64,000 bases of DNA from Amoebophrya sp. A120 (lineage: Eukaryota > Protista > Dinoflagellata): NCBI GenBank assembly GCA_905178155.1, contig CAJINV010000005.1, forward strand, positions 4,505,556-4,569,555. The letters are read 5' to 3'. The translations under genes and the position numbers were made by a program. Below, one piece after another: positions 10,966 through 24,700 of the stretch. A model generated the notes under the pieces. It had not been told where the DNA came from and did no database searches. It saw nothing but the letters and a program-made list of their open reading frames with translations. The first letter of the stretch is position 1, and the number at the start of each line of letters is the position of its first letter.

Positions 10966-13581
10966 ATGCGGTCTCAGTTTCGGCAGAGATCTATGCCGCC
11001 ATCCCATGCAGAAGCAGGAAATGCTTTCCGTGCGAGTGCGACAGCGTTAGTCGGTCCTCAGGAGGGAGCGAAGAAGTCGCTTGCCATCATTGGTCTGGGT
11101 GCCAGCGGATTGATCGCGCTCCGGTCTGCGCTGTGGAGTGGTAAGTACTGGAAGATCCATGCGTTCGAGAAGCAAGGGAAATCAGGTGGGTTGTGGGTGT
11201 ATGAGAAATCGCGGAATCAGACGCCTATCTATCGAGACCTCCGAACGAACCTCCCCATGACTGTGATGGATATTCCAGGATTTCCTTTTGATGTTCGAGC
11301 GGTTGACCAAAACGATACAGAAGATTCCTTAACAAGAACAAGTGAGGCGGCCATCGCGACTTCTTTCCCTCACCATTCCGTGGTCTTGAACTACCTGCAA
11401 CGGTTCGCGGCGCACGTCGAGGAACAGCTACGCGCCGCAACGCACACCTCCTGTGTCGGGCGTGCGGGTGCAGCTGGGAGTGACTTTCGCCTGCACTATA
11501 GCACAAAAGTAAATTGGGTGGAACCCGTACTAGCTCATAAGCTGCGGAGGTCAGAGTTTGGGCCTGATGACACATCAGGTACTACGCAATGCGAGGAAGC
11601 GTTCTGCTCGGAGAGTCCACACAGAAGAGAAGCGGAGTCGCAGAGCGGGTTGTACCGCGTCTGCTACTCGCAAACGGATGGAGGAGCAGCAGATGAAGGA
11701 GTCGACGGCGACCGATCGAGGAAGCAGAAAAATGACCATACGGAAGATCATGATGAGAAGGGACAGAAAGACGCCGTGTTTGATGAAGTTCTGGTCTGCA
11801 ATGGTCACTTCGCAATTCCATATGTACCTCCGGAATTTCGAGAGATCTACAAATCATTTTCTCTGAAAAGCCTGCACGTAAATGAGCGGGACGTCGCACC
11901 GACTTGTTCCCTGAATAATTTTCGAGTGCTGCACAGCCACGAATACGACGAAGCGGCAGCTTTCGCAGGAGCGACTCTAGTCGTGGTTGGTGCCGGCCCG
12001 TCGGGTCGCGACGTCGTCGAGCTCGCGCGCCCCTATGCACGGAAAATTCTCTGGGTAAACTCGAAATTTGTAATCGGCGAGGCATCTTCTCTTGGCACTT
12101 CCGCTGCGCCGGGGTCAGGCAACAATACACACACACGGGTGCTTCCCGGGGCCACTTTTCTAGACGGGTACGCGAAACACGAAGGGAAAAGTGTGGTGCA
12201 ACCGACTGCCAATATTGATAAAGACTCTCATATGGAACCAGAAGCGAAGCGGTGTCGGATTGAACATGAAACTGTAGCCGGAGATCGAACTACACTGCGA
12301 AGTAGAACCCGAAATCTATTCACAAAGAAGTCCAATAAAAACCAAGCACAGTCGCATGGCGTCAAGAACATTACGACTACTACAGATAAGCGGGCAGAGC
12401 AAGACCGAGGTTTGTGCCCTGTCCAGCGATTCGCGCGCGTCCAAATCACCGCCGAGGAGGGAGCGCAGGCGAACGCGACGATGTGCGCCGATCCAAAAAA
12501 TGGAAGTCCCAACGACCATCTCGATGCCAGAACATATGAAGTGTCGCTGTCGCTATTCGGGGGCATTGACGGACAAGAACAGTGGGGACCAATAGCGATC
12601 AGCATTGGTGCCGGTGCAGCAAGAATGCCTTTTGGTGGAAAAAGAAGACAACCGGAAGTAAGTAACGCTCCGTCCTCGCCGGTGGTGCTTTTGCTCGCGA
12701 CTGGATATTCCTACGAACTCTATTCGAGTTTTTTGCACCCCTCCCTTTTGCCGAAGTTCTCTCCCGGCAAGAGTACCCGCAGTGTACCGACGGAAAACCT
12801 TTCACATGCCATGTTCCTTCGTCACAGTTTCGCTTTTATCGGTCTACCCCAAGGCAGTGCCCCTTTTCCGGTGGCGTACTACCAGGCCCTCGCCTTCATT
12901 TACAAGATGAAGTCCCGCAGTCTCTCAGCAGCAGATATTGGCACGACCCCGGCGGTGCCAGCACGCTTCGGCTACGACAAACTGGGGGAGCAAATGTTCC
13001 CGTACATGCGCGCCCTCCTACAAGAAGCCATAGGTGGTGGCGCTCTGGCACAGGAGGAAACTGCAGCTCTGGCCCGAGACGAGCAGCAGCAAGGCGACGA
13101 AATTCCGCACGATAGATGTGAAAAGCTAAACGCTTTTGTAGATAATTGGGGAACTACAGGGACGTTGAACAGAGCTGCACCGTCACCGAACGCTTGCATG
13201 ACCTCCCTTGTAGCTCAGCTGTTGTTTTGTGGTTCACCAGCATCAACAACCGCCGCAAAGTCCTTTGTCTCATCAGCGTCTTCTCGCAAACTGGAAGCCG
13301 GCGATTTTCCTCCTCACGAGAGCGAGATCGGAAGAACAGAACAAAAGAACCGTGCCGCCCCTCTATCTTTCACCGTCTCTGCAACGTCCACGTCCGCACA
13401 GACGGAGAAATTTACCCTTTTGGCGGAGCGCGACATCGCGGTGCGGGAAGATATGTATCGATTGCTGTCCCACTTGCGAAGTAGTCCGGAGTACAGGAAC
13501 GTGAAGTTTGAAAGATTTCGTGGCGGAACGTGGATTGTGTCACGACCAGAAAGCGCCAAAAGTTCAGAACAGAGTATGTAG
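10966..13581 (+). CDS. Flavin-containing monooxygenase (FMO) with long insertions, apparently intronless
   Basis: FAD-binding GLGASG, GGLW, YRDLRTNLP, DEVLVCNGHF, HSHEY, NADPH-binding GAGPSG, ATGY; first ATG at 10966. Confidence 0.9.
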   Translation: MRSQFRQRSMPPSHAEAGNAFRASATALVGPQEGAKKSLAIIGLGASGLIALRSALWSGKYWKIHAFEKQGKSGGLWVYEKSRNQTPIYRDLRTNLPMTVMDIPGFPFDVRAVDQNDTEDSLTRTSEAAIATSFPHHSVVLNYLQRFAAHVEEQLRAATHTSCVGRAGAAGSDFRLHYSTKVNWVEPVLAHKLRRSEFGPDDTSGTTQCEEAFCSESPHRREAESQSGLYRVCYSQTDGGAADEGVDGDRSRKQKNDHTEDHDEKGQKDAVFDEVLVCNGHFAIPYVPPEFREIYKSFSLKSLHVNERDVAPTCSLNNFRVLHSHEYDEAAAFAGATLVVVGAGPSGRDVVELARPYARKILWVNSKFVIGEASSLGTSAAPGSGNNTHTRVLPGATFLDGYAKHEGKSVVQPTANIDKDSHMEPEAKRCRIEHETVAGDRTTLRSRTRNLFTKKSNKNQAQSHGVKNITTTTDKRAEQDRGLCPVQRFARVQITAEEGAQANATMCADPKNGSPNDHLDARTYEVSLSLFGGIDGQEQWGPIAISIGAGAARMPFGGKRRQPEVSNAPSSPVVLLLATGYSYELYSSFLHPSLLPKFSPGKSTRSVPTENLSHAMFLRHSFAFIGLPQGSAPFPVAYYQALAFIYKMKSRSLSAADIGTTPAVPARFGYDKLGEQMFPYMRALLQEAIGGGALAQEETAALARDEQQQGDEIPHDRCEKLNAFVDNWGTTGTLNRAAPSPNACMTSLVAQLLFCGSPASTTAAKSFVSSASSRKLEAGDFPPHESEIGRTEQKNRAAPLSFTVSATSTSAQTEKFTLLAERDIAVREDMYRLLSHLRSSPEYRNVKFERFRGGTWIVSRPESAKSSEQSM

Positions 13582-14582
13582 TACCCCTTGCGGAGTGCTG
13601 TCCGAGTGTAGAATTTGGATCATCGCTGTGGCTGTGGCTGTTTCGCTCCAACAGTATAACTAAGAGCAACCAATGACTTTGACTGTTTGTTTCGTAGAAA
13701 TTACTTAAAAGGATCGAGGTCGCATTGAAAATTGAAAACTAGGTTGAACCTAGTTGGTACATACACTCCAACTCATTGAGGAAGTTGCATGCACAGATCA
13801 GCATACCATGACCCATGAGAATCGGTACGTCTTCACACTGCTTGCACGAAGGAAAATTATAAGAAAGCTGTAACATCAGTAACATGTGGATGTGGCAGTA
13901 TAAATCGCTTCTGACTCGGAGTACGCAGCCCTGTTGTGGTACCAATCATGGCAAAAAAATAATCGGTAATGATATGCAGAAACGGAAGGTGATGTTGTTG
14001 TGCGAAGAAAGGATCCAGGAGTGGTGTCTCGGTGTCAAGCTGCCCATATCGGTTATATCAACTGTCCTGTCGCACCGCAGCTCGGATGACAAAGACTGGG
14101 ATAAAATTCAATGGCCGTGAAGAAAAGAAAATCTGACCGAATATTTGTATGGTACCATTTTTTTCTTGATCTACCGCAATCAAAGGGTTGACATTGAGAC
14201 CGCAAATAAAAGCAATTTGGATCTTCAAAATCCGGATTCTATCGTTGAAAGCTAGAGCATCTTCACGGAGAGCATGAGCATCGGTTTGATGTTTCTAGGT
14301 GACCATGTTGTATTTGCTAGACCAGTTCGTGATCGTGATTCAACTGACTAAACCAGTTTATTCTGCGCGCTCATGATCCCTCTTTTCATCTTCGAGGAGT
14401 CTCTTGTGCTTAAGTAAGTACTTATTTAAAGTTAGCTTATACTAGATACCTAGTATGAACCTACATAGAATTTCTACTGATATCCGCAAACTTGTTCTCT
14501 AGAAGATACTCAGATAGGTAAATCTAAATCTTCTTTCTCTCGGCAAAGTTGAGGCGAAGTATTTCCTTAACGTTATCTACCC

Positions 14583-17500
14583 ATGGCGTTCAGTAGCCGG
14601 CGGGGAGAAGGGAAGCGGCGGCAGGGCAGCGGACATGTGGAGCAGGATGAGACGCGCTCCCTCTTATCGTCGGGAGATTACAAAAAGCACAGCAAGCATT
14701 CATCCGATATTCAATCCGCAATGGATGCAGATCAAAGCGTTTTTCTGCTACAGAATAACGAGACAAGCCTGCTGAGACGGGCGAACACGTCAGTGACGCG
14801 AGGCAGCACACTGAAGACCGGCACGGGCAACGCGGCGCTCCAGCGCTCGCACGCGTCGATCGACGGAGGCAGTAGCAGAAGAGGTCTGGAAGAATTGTTC
14901 AGCCGAGTGGATCTGATTCCCGAGATCCAAGCGGAAATTTTTGAGGAAGAAGACGTCAAGGAGTTGGAAAACATGCCTGCCATCGACGGTCCTCCGATCA
15001 CCACCGCCGCGAGCCTAGTTCGACAGCCCACACCGCAGCTCCAATACTGTCCGACCTTGCAAGATGCCATCGCGGAGGCGGAGCGCGTGGACAGGGATTT
15101 CCAGCAGCATTCAGATATTTTGTGCCTGGAGTGGCGCAACCTCGGGTTCCAAGTGGAAAAGGCCGGGATGATTTTGAACAATTGCTACGGAAAACTGCAC
15201 CCCGGTGAAGTTACTGCGCTGATCGGCCCCTCTGGTGCGGGGAAGTCCACTTTGATGAACCTCCTAGCTGCGCGGCAGCGGTGGACCGGAGGGGGCGTCC
15301 AGCTGTCGGGCGAGATTCGATACGGGGGGAAGCTGGTGGGCTATGAGCAACTGAAGCAGTCAATCTCGTTTGTGATGCAGTACGAGGAGCTGGTGGGCAG
15401 CGAGACGGTGCTGGAAACGTTCCAGTTTGCTGCAAAGCTGAAGCTGCCGAACGCCACGGAGGAGGAGCGAAAGAAGAACATCGAGGAGATGCTGGTTGCG
15501 CTGGATTTGGACCACGTTCGTGATGCGAAGATCGGCAACGCGCTGATCAAGGGCATTTCGGGCGGTCAGCGCAAGCGCGTCGCGGTGGGAATCGAGCTTC
15601 TGACGCGCCCCACCGTCGTGTTTCTGGACGAGCCCACCAGCGGCCTGGATTCCTACTCGAGTCTGCGCCTGATCACCATGCTAAAGAAGATTGCCTACGA
15701 CCAGAATTCCATCATTGCGGCCACCATTCACCAACCCAGCTCCGAGCTGTTCGCCAAGTTCGACCGCGTGATCACCATGCGGTACGGAGAGATCCTGTTC
15801 CAAGGCATGATCGGCGCGCGCGCGGAGGAGCAACTGAAAAAGATAGACGAAAAGCAACAGATATCCTGAGTAAAAACGTACCCACGCCAGAGTTGTAATG
15901 CAAATCTGCATGCTGAAAATGTTTCTCATGCGGAGCCCTATGAGAAGTATTTTCTAGTCGTGTTTTGCAATTTGTCATGCTCCAATCAGCATGAGAGACT
16001 AGATCTGTAATGCTGCTGAAGTAGCTCAAACAGCACTACACTACGCGTCCAAATTTGTCATGCGAAACAGCCAAAGCTTGTGGATTTGTCTAGCCGATTC
16101 CCCATCTTGACTATGGGGTGGGTACGTTTTTACTCAGGATAACAGATCACCAGCTCAGAGGGCGGAGTTGCCACCAGTGTCGCGAATGCACGTGTAGGGG
16201 TGGAAAAATTGCACGTGTTGACCGAGTTCCTGGATAACATAGCACAGAAGCCCTGTCCGGCGGGTTACAATTTGAGCGACTGGCTCATGATCCTCGCAAG
16301 TGGGCATCTGTCTGACGAGGAGCTCCGGGAGAACCGCGAGCAGACAGCCCGTATCTACGAGATGCTGAATCCTGGCTACACGGACGTCCGTCGTCCGCTG
16401 ATCCAAGCCTTTGGGGAAGATGGCCAGGAGGGTGTCGGTCAAGAAGTGGTCGACTTGGAAGCAAACTTGGATGTGGTTGCCAGTACTACGCGCGTCACGG
16501 GGATACGTTTCGGGGGACCCACGTTGGGGCCCGGAAAGTTTCGAGAGGACGAGCAGTCGAGTCTCTACTCCAGCGCCCAAGACCCCACCTTCGAGCCTGT
16601 TCCCGTGTTGAACCACGGAACCCTCGCGCTCAGCCAGATCAAGTGCAACAAAACCGCTGGCGTGACCCCGAACTGCTTAAAAGTGATTCACACGCGCTTC
16701 CCTCACAAGCAGGCGCAACAGCAAGCAGCAGCGGACGCCTTTCGCATGGTGGAAGTGCCGCCGTGGTGCGCCCAGGTGGCCGCCTTGACTTCGCGTAACT
16801 GCCGGGTAAAATGGCGGAACCCCTGGGGCATCGTGAACCGACTGCTGGTCCCCTTGGCACAGATCATGGCCCAGGGCCTCGCGTTCATCAACTGCGGACG
16901 GCAGCTGGAACAAGGCCAGGACCCTGACGGCAACCCACTACAGACCGCCTCTGCCTTTACGCAGAAGCTCGGTGAGGTGAACAACGCGCTGTGCAACATC
17001 CTGTTCGTCGTTTTCATCGCCACCGGGATTGCGCAGCTCACCGACCTGCCGAAGGAGCGCCCCATCTTTCTGCGGGAGTACATCGCCCGCTACTACGGCG
17101 CGTCCGCGTACATGACAGCCCAGATCGTGGCAGACCTACCGCTGCTAGCCCTGACCGTGCTGATCGTGCTGCTGGGGCCATACTTCCTCTTTGGCTTAAA
17201 CGGAAATCTCGGGATCTACGTGTTTCTGTCCGCCATCACGGCGCTCGCCGGCTCCTCCTATTGAAAGGAAAAACTCCCCCTCCCCATATCGAAAAGGCAT
17301 GTTTCCGAAAATTTGTGTTGCTGATTTGAGGCCACAAATCGCATTTGTCTTGCAAGAAGACAAGTGCAAAAGCTTCGCCCCTTTTATGGAAGCGGTTTGT
17401 CATGCTGTTGGGCCTAAAGGGCAGCCGTTTGCCATGCTGAACAACTAGACCGATACGCCCCTACATAGCCTGGATATCTGGCCTCAATGCCTTCCTGCAA

Positions 17501-18270
17501 TACAAAGCTGATTTGTGTACGCAAATCCAGCATCAGAAATTTCGTTTTGATATGGGGAGGGGGGATTTTTCCTTTTGATACCTCCATGGGGGTCTTTTTG
17601 AGCACGCTGTCGCCCGCAAACGCGAACATTCCCGTGGTGTTATCCCATTTAAAAACGTCCCCACCCAATAGTTGTATATGCAAATCTGCATGCTGAAAAT
17701 GTTTCTCATGCGGAGCCCCATGAGAAGCATTTTCCAATCGTGTTTTGCAATTTGTCATGCCTCAATCAGCATGGTATGCTAGATCTGTGATGCTGCTGAG
17801 CTAGCTCAAACAGCACTACACTACGAATCCAAATTTGTCATGCAAAACAGCCAAAACTTGTGGATTTGTCTAGCCGATTCCCCAACTTGACTATGGTGTG
17901 GGTACGTTTTTACTCAGGATAGGTGTGGTCGCCACTGATCATGAGCACGCTACCAAACGTGTTCTCGGGAATCTTCCGCCCGCTCAGTCAGGTGCCGGCA
18001 GCGGTCTCCTGGCTGGCGTATGCGATCCCCGTCATGTACACCGCCAAGGTGGGGCAATGGTTGGAGTTCGGCGAGCTCGAGCCCGAGATTACCAGAACGA
18101 ACCCCGCTGCGCAGGCGGGTTGGGCGGAGGCGCGGGACTCCTTCATCAGTCCCCGTGGTATTTATGCCTACCAAGTGTGGACCTGGCCCTTTTTCGCGCT
18201 GGGCCTCGCGGTTTTTTATCGCGTAGCGGGATTCACATTCTTGAAGCTCAACTCACGCTCCGTCTTCTAA
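14583..18270 (+). CDS. ABCG (White-type) half transporter; exons 14583-15861, 16147-17258, 17586-17640, 17927-18270
   Basis: Walker A GPSGAGKST, ISGGQRKRV, FLDEPTSGLDS, TIHQPS, CPAGYNLSDW, ERPIFLREY and a C-terminal TM domain; three introners removed in frame. Confidence 0.92.
15862..16141. mobile_element. Introner, family C
   Basis: TIR TATCCTGAGTAAAAACGTACCCAC / GTGGGTACGTTTTTACTCAGGATA; TSD ACAGA. Confidence 0.92.
17259..17580. mobile_element. Introner, family B (reverse orientation)
   Basis: Reverse complement of 2429/6717; TSD CCTCC; removal gives AGSS|MGVFL. Confidence 0.9.
17641..17921. mobile_element. Introner, family C
   Basis: Homologous to 15862; TSD GGTGT, which allows a GT-AG reading; removal gives IPVV|WSPLIM. 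Confidence 0.9.
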
Positions 18271-19596
18271 AGGATTGCGATACTGCTACAGTACGCATCT
18301 TTATTGTTCGGTCCTCTTGCCGTCACTTCCGAGCCGGAAATGGGCCATTCAAAAGCATGCCGCCAAGGGCGAGCGACAACGACCTGTCTTCGCAAGGCTC
18401 AGACGAGCATGAAATCGGCTTGATTTTTCATGCATCTTTACATGTGGCGAATGCGATACCGATAGCCCTTTACTAGTTTAGCATACATCACTTACAACCA
18501 TAACATTATACTGATTTTCATTTTGCACACATAGAAGTTCCAGTTCGTACAAACTGGATGCAGCGGACGAGCGCTGTCCGCGTACTATCGCATGCGTTTG
18601 TCTCGGGCGCGCCCTGGCGCTCAGCTCGGACTTCAGTCTTTCTTTCTCGGACGTTTTCCCACACCGCTCAGAAACAACTAATTGCTCATGGTGTAAGTAC
18701 TAGTTCTGCTCATCAAATTTATTACGTATTGATGTTGGTCCCCCAGACGAAATGCCACTTGAAGATCTTAAGAATCGATTCGCTTCTTGTATTCTGGCAA
18801 AAGCAGTTGCATCTAACCGTTCTATCATGGGGCATCTTCGTCTCATGTTCATATACAAAATTTACTTTATGTGCGACCCATGCTCTTTCTTTTTGTCAAA
18901 CTGAGGCCAGCAATCTGTTCGACAATTCAATCACATTATATTTGTCTGTACTTGGGGACGGAAGAATGGGAATGCGCATCAGGACGTTGCATGTTGACGG
19001 TTGTAGTACTACGCGGTATAGATCGGCCCTGATTCTGTTCTTGAAATCCGAGACAAGCATGCTAGTTAGTGAATATCGAAGCGGATTAAGGTTTGTAAAA
19101 TTAGGCATTGAGCGTCAGCAGTGGCACGGAATAGATCGTGCTTTATTCCGATGATCTTTGACAAGACTGATCTTTGTTCAAAATGTCAGAAAACCAGAAA
19201 GATCCACCACCAAAAAGAGGTTCCTTGAAAAACTACACGGAAACTCAATCAGCGTACCGAAGTGGTACATCCACTTTTCAAAAGATAAAAAAATGATAAT
19301 GGATCTTTGTTGACCCTGTTGAGCCTGTTTCGGGATCGCTTGGTCTTAAGCGAACACATAATTCTGCACAGAGTGAAGTAAATGTTTCCAGGTACAACTT
19401 ACAACTTACCGCTAGCCCTTTCACGTAAATAGAGGTATAATGTGCTGCATGTAGCAAAAATGGTGACAGTTGTGACTCTTTTCAACAGCATTGCATGATC
19501 AGGATTACGAATTTATTTGTTTTCTAGGCCATACTTTCATTTTGAAATTGTAGGTCTAGCTGTAGAGGTTCTATTTTTCGACTAGAAGGCAGCGCC

Positions 19597-20653
19597 ATGG
19601 CAACTTCCGCGACAAGTGCGTCCTTGCGGCGGAAACAGCGAAGTATCAAATGTAAAAATATCTGGGTCTGGAAGATTCTGAGACTTGTCATGCATGTTTT
19701 GCATGGGCCGCAATGTCTGTGATGCACGCCCTAGCATCACAGATTTTTTGAGGGCTTCGCGATGCCTATTCCGCATGACAAATGCCCTCTCCGCGTACCA
19801 AAAATTACATTCCCTTTGCTGCTCATGCAATACAGATTTTTTTGGAATCCAAATTCAGCATCACAAGTTGCATTCTTCCAGACCCAGACATTTTTACATT
19901 TGATACGAAGCTCGCAGGAGCAATCGCTGTTGAAGGCGGAAGAATTCCTGGAGGAGAAGATGAAGCAAGACCTGCAGCTATCCTGACTAAAAACGTACCC
20001 ACACCAGAGTCAAGATGGGGAATCGGCTAGACAAATCCACAAGTTTTGGCTGTTTTGCATGACAAATTTGGATTCGTAGTGTAGTGCTGTTTGAGCTAGC
20101 TAAGCAGCATCACAGATCTAGCATACCATGCTGATTGGAGCATGACAAATTGCAAAACACGACTAGAAAATGCTTCTCATGGGTCTCCGCATGAGAAACA
20201 TTTTCAGCATGCAGATTTGCATTACAACCCTGGCGTGGGTACGTTTATTTTTACTCAGGATAGCAGCGGCAAATCGACCGGTCCAGAAGCCTGGCCGACC
20301 GCATATCCGAGCTGCAAAGGCAACGAAGCCAGCTGGAGGACCTGAACCGGCAGCACAAACTTGATTGGAGCCAGGATTGCTTCGAGATGGAGATGCTCGT
20401 GAACCTCGGGATCTCCACCGTGTTCGCGAAGGCCAAAGTGCCCGACTGCCGAAAGCTTTTCGTAGAGTGCGGACTTGGGTTTCACGTGGAAATGGACCTA
20501 CCGCAGGCCATCGCGTTTCTGGAGAAAAAGGAAGCCTTCCTCAGGGAAAAATTCGATCGGGAAATGCAAGAAACATGTCGTCTCAAAACCCAGGTGCACG
20601 AAATGCTCTTCCATATCCAGTCTTTACAGCAAGCGTTGTTGCACAACCAGTAA
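19597..20653 (+). CDS. UXT: Prefoldin alpha-like protein (UXT-like); exons 19597-19643, 19911-19978, 20268-20653
   Basis: Spliced product ...AEEFLEEKMKQDLQ|RQIDR...EMLVNLG..VFAKAKVPD..KLFVECGLGFHVEMDLPQAIAFL fits the alpha-prefoldin/UXT pattern. Confidence 0.75.
19644..19905. mobile_element. Introner, family A3
   Basis: Family A TIRs; TSD CGAAG; homologous to 35994. Confidence 0.9.
19979..20262. mobile_element. Introner, family C (reverse orientation)
   Basis: Reverse complement of 15862/17641; TSD GCAGC. Confidence 0.9.
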
Positions 20654-21749
20654 CCAAATGGATACGCGGCTTGCGATTCCATCCATACCTCTCTATCTTC
20701 CGTACTTTTTTTCGAGTCGTTCCGCGACATTACAAGACTATGAAGCCGAAAAAAGAACTGGCCTACCGACTCTACCCAATGATCGCTCTGAGGAGCATTC
20801 TTTCGATCCCAATGAATGCGGGAGCGCTTGGTTGCGAATTGCACGCCACGTTGTTCGGGAACAAAGTTGCAGAGATGCAGAGAGAAAAGGTTGAGACTTT
20901 GTAGCACGGAAGATAATGATGTATCTCCGTGGGAGAGTGTCACCAAGATGTGATCATATGCGGCAGACTGAAGCATCCTGGGTACTTATCAGAGCGACAG
21001 CTTGTTGTTACTGCTCGGCAGTCACAGTTTCAGAAAAAAGTTGTGAAGGGATAAAACTCTCCAACACTTACTACTCGCAGCATGGTGCTGCTCGTTTGTG
21101 CTCGTTGTCTTCGCAAAAGTTGAAGCCTGTTGGAGTCTTCAACTATCAATTATGTGGCGTCAGTGCAGCATTGGATTAATATTGTGGAAATTATCTCCTT
21201 CTCCAACGGGTGCGCACGGGTTGGATAATTATGCATACTGAGATACTTGTGTCAGTTCTTTCACGGACTCCTGCGTAAGTACAATCCTCCGAACGGCATC
21301 GGCGGGATAAGAAAAACATTGACGATCGCTCTGTCAACCGAACGCAATTTAGCAGCCGCGGTTTGGAAGTCAATTCAGCAGGATGAGTGCCGCTGATATC
21401 ACGACGGCTGTATGAGATTGCGGCACTCCTTTCCCGTTGTGATGAAAACGCCAAGTCCCACTCCGGCCTTAATTTGTTCCCTTTGATAGTCTTTGCATGT
21501 CGATATCATGTAGAGTAGTGAGGTCACCGAACAGCTCTGGCCTTGCAGTTTTGCTTTCATGACTACATGTCTTTCCATTTCTGGCAGGCAAAGCTCGAGG
21601 CAGAGACTGCTGTGCGGTTTCTTCCTTGAAAATTCAAGCACTCCAATCTCGCCCCCGGCGGCGATATGCTGTAGCATTTCTTTTCTTTGCATGCATTCAA
21701 TTTCAAACTAGCGGTCAGCGGAGTTGTCCACTTGCATAGGGGACCGCGA

Positions 21750-24700
21750 ATCGGACGCTCAAGCTCCGCATCGACCCTTGTGGGGTATCAACTTTAAAAA
21801 TGTCTGGGTCTGGAAGAATTCATGTTTGTCATGCTTGTCTGGCATGACTCTTAAATCTGTCATGCACGTTACCCAAGAGCTCCGTTTTTCTGTGATGCAG
21901 AAGCGCAGTTTGTCATGCAGAATAGGCAACACCTAGGAACTCAGAAACTTGTCATGCTGAGCCAGCATCTGTAGCCTCATCATGAGACGCCACCCAGCAT
22001 TACAAGTTTCCAGACCCAGACATTTTTACATTTGATATGGGGCCGCGGATGCCGATTCTCACCAAATACACCACGGTGGAAATAATGCGGTCTCGACAAC
22101 GCATTACACTCTTTTGAACTTTGTGCCGAAAAACTTGTCGGAACAGTTTCAGAGGTAGTTCTTCCGAAAACAATGAAGGAACTGCATTAATCTATGTCTC
22201 GCATGGTTTCTTCATATCTTTCATCCTCTTGCCTAGGAACGACAGAAGAAAGCTGATACTTTTACTGCAGTCAGGAGAACAAGCATATTGATTTCCAACT
22301 TCCGTACAGACACGACAGAGAGATGCCCTGCGACCTCAGAGTTCGTTTCCCTGAGTGTGGAAAATATTAAACTGATACCACAGGTGGGCAAACGTATGGT
22401 TTCTGATGATTTCTATGTTGCAGCTGTTCACCCCATACTCGCCGACCGCACCCTACGCTACGGTGGTGCCGCTGAGCGTGATCGTGCTCGTGACGGCGAT
22501 CAAGGACGCGATCGAGGACTACCGGCGGTACCAATCGGACCGGCGCGTGAACGGAAAGCCGGCGTTGGTGGTGGGCCGGGTGGTCCGGGAGCACGCGGAC
22601 AGCACCTGGGAGACAAATTTCCCGGTGCTGCGGCGGTTGAAGTGGGAGGAGATTCAGGTGGGCCACGTAGTCTACCTGGAGGCCAACGAGGCGGTGCCCG
22701 CGGACGTGCTGCTGCTGTCTTCCAGCGACGCGGATGCGGGGCTCGCGTACGTCGAGACCGCGCAGCTCGACGGGGAGTCCAACCTGAAAACGAAGGCGGC
22801 GCTGCTCGATACGAAGCAGAGCCGCACGCTGCCGCACCTAATTCCCTTGGAGGGCATGCAGCTGCAGTGCGAGCCCCCGTCGCCCAACCTGGAGCGGTTT
22901 TACGGCACCTACCGCATGGTGGGCGCGCTGAACCCGACTCCGGTGGACATGAAGAACCTGCTTTTGCGCGGCAGCACCCTGCGGAACACGGACTTCGCGT
23001 TTGGCGTGGTCCTGTACACGGGCCACGAGACGCGGCAGTTCCAAAACAGCAACCGCCGCACGCCGAAGCGGAGCCGGATCGAAAAGCAGATCAACACGTA
23101 TTTGGGGTTTGTTTTCCTCTTGATGGCGTTGTTAATCTATCCTAGAGACTCCCTGAGGAAAAGTACACCCATACCAGAAGAAAACAAACTTGTACTACTG
23201 TACTTGTGGTACAAAAAACCGTTGTTCAGCATGGCGAACTCTTTCGGTACCTCTCTAGCCGCTAACTAGCATAATTACCAACAGCGTCTCGCACGACGCA
23301 ATAAAATAGTACTCAGCTGACGGAGCGATCGGCTGACAAGGTGCGTCAGGGGCATTGCGCATTCAGTCGGTCACTCACTGTGGTCTCCGTATATGAACAG
23401 ATTTGAAAGTAGTCATCTTTCTCCTGCTACGGGTATGGAAGCAGGTGTACTTTTCTATAGGATATGATCGTGGGCTCTTACCTCCCTCACCGCGCCTTCC
23501 TCGACGAGATGCGGTACTACCGCTCGGCCGATCCCGACGCAACGTCCGGCTTCGGGGGCTTCGTCGTGTTTCTCATACCCATTGCAAATGTATCTGGGTC
23601 TGGAAACTTGTGCTGCTGTTACTCTTTTCGCGAAACGCTTGTTGCAGATCATTCGCAAAATGCTAGACAGACCGGCCTGCAGCACGACAGAATAATTGGC
23701 CAATCGCATTGATTCATGCCATACAGATTTGATTGTCCTGCAAATCTCGTATCACGCCCACACATATTTGCGCTGCATACCTCATTTTGTACAACAACCT
23801 CGTGCCCGTGTCGCTCTACAAATCGAGGGCGGGGGCAGCTTGCCAAGACGCCGACGATGCCGCGCCGCATCAGGCTGCGTCTTCGCTTTCCCAGGGATGC
23901 GGCGCACCGCCTCCGTGGCGAGGGCCTTGGCGCCGCCCCCTTTGTGGGTGCGGGCACACAGACACGCTCGGTGGCTCTGTGGCCAATCGCAGGGGTGGCG
24001 CCCGTTAAAGTTGGGACGCCGCGGCGCCGCTGGCCGCCGAGGATCTCACGCAGGGCGCCAAACCGCGCGCGCACCAAGGGGGGCGGGGCCGCCGTATCTC
24101 CGCCCCACCGAGCGGAAGGCCGAAGGCCGGAGCCAAAGCATGGGCAAGAGGCGTAGGCCCCGGAAGAAAGCCAGGGCCGCCACGAATAAGCGCCAAGGGC
24201 GCCGCGCCCCCGCCCCCGCCATGACAAGCAGCGGGCGAGCGCGCGCCGGCATGCGTTTTGTCGTGGGCTAACAGCCTTCCCTTCTTTGCGGCGATGGGCA
24301 GGCCGGGCCAGCAGCCTTGCCCAGGGCCCTAGCAGAGCAGCCGCGGCGCACTGGCGGCGGCAGCTCGACAATGGCCCGCCGGATCGTGCGTGCCGGGCCC
24401 TTCCCACCCGGGTGGCCCGTAGCGCGCTCTTTCTGCGGGTTTTCCTTCCGGGGCGTTTTTCTTGGATTTCTTTTGCCCCTTGTGTGAAATTGTTGTGCCG
24501 CGGGAGTGGCGGAAGGGATTTCCATGACGGGAGGGGAGGCGAGGGGCTGCCGGAAGCTTTTCGAGTAGACGTCGCGGCGTGTGTGCGTTCCCCGGGGTGA
24601 TTTCTGCCAATGCGCGCGGCCAAGCGCGGCGAGAAAATCTGTGAGCGCTTAGTTTGGCTCTCTCCGCGAGGGGCCTTTGCAATCTGATGCGCGGGCCGTT

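Noticed and set aside
18558-19154. 198-aa ORF between the ABCG and UXT-like genes
   Set aside because: Intergenic-like composition and no recognisable domain
21383-21409. Candidate first exon (MSAADITTA|gtatga) of the ATPase-cyclase gene
   Set aside because: In phase with the acceptor at 21749 but too short to support without cDNA
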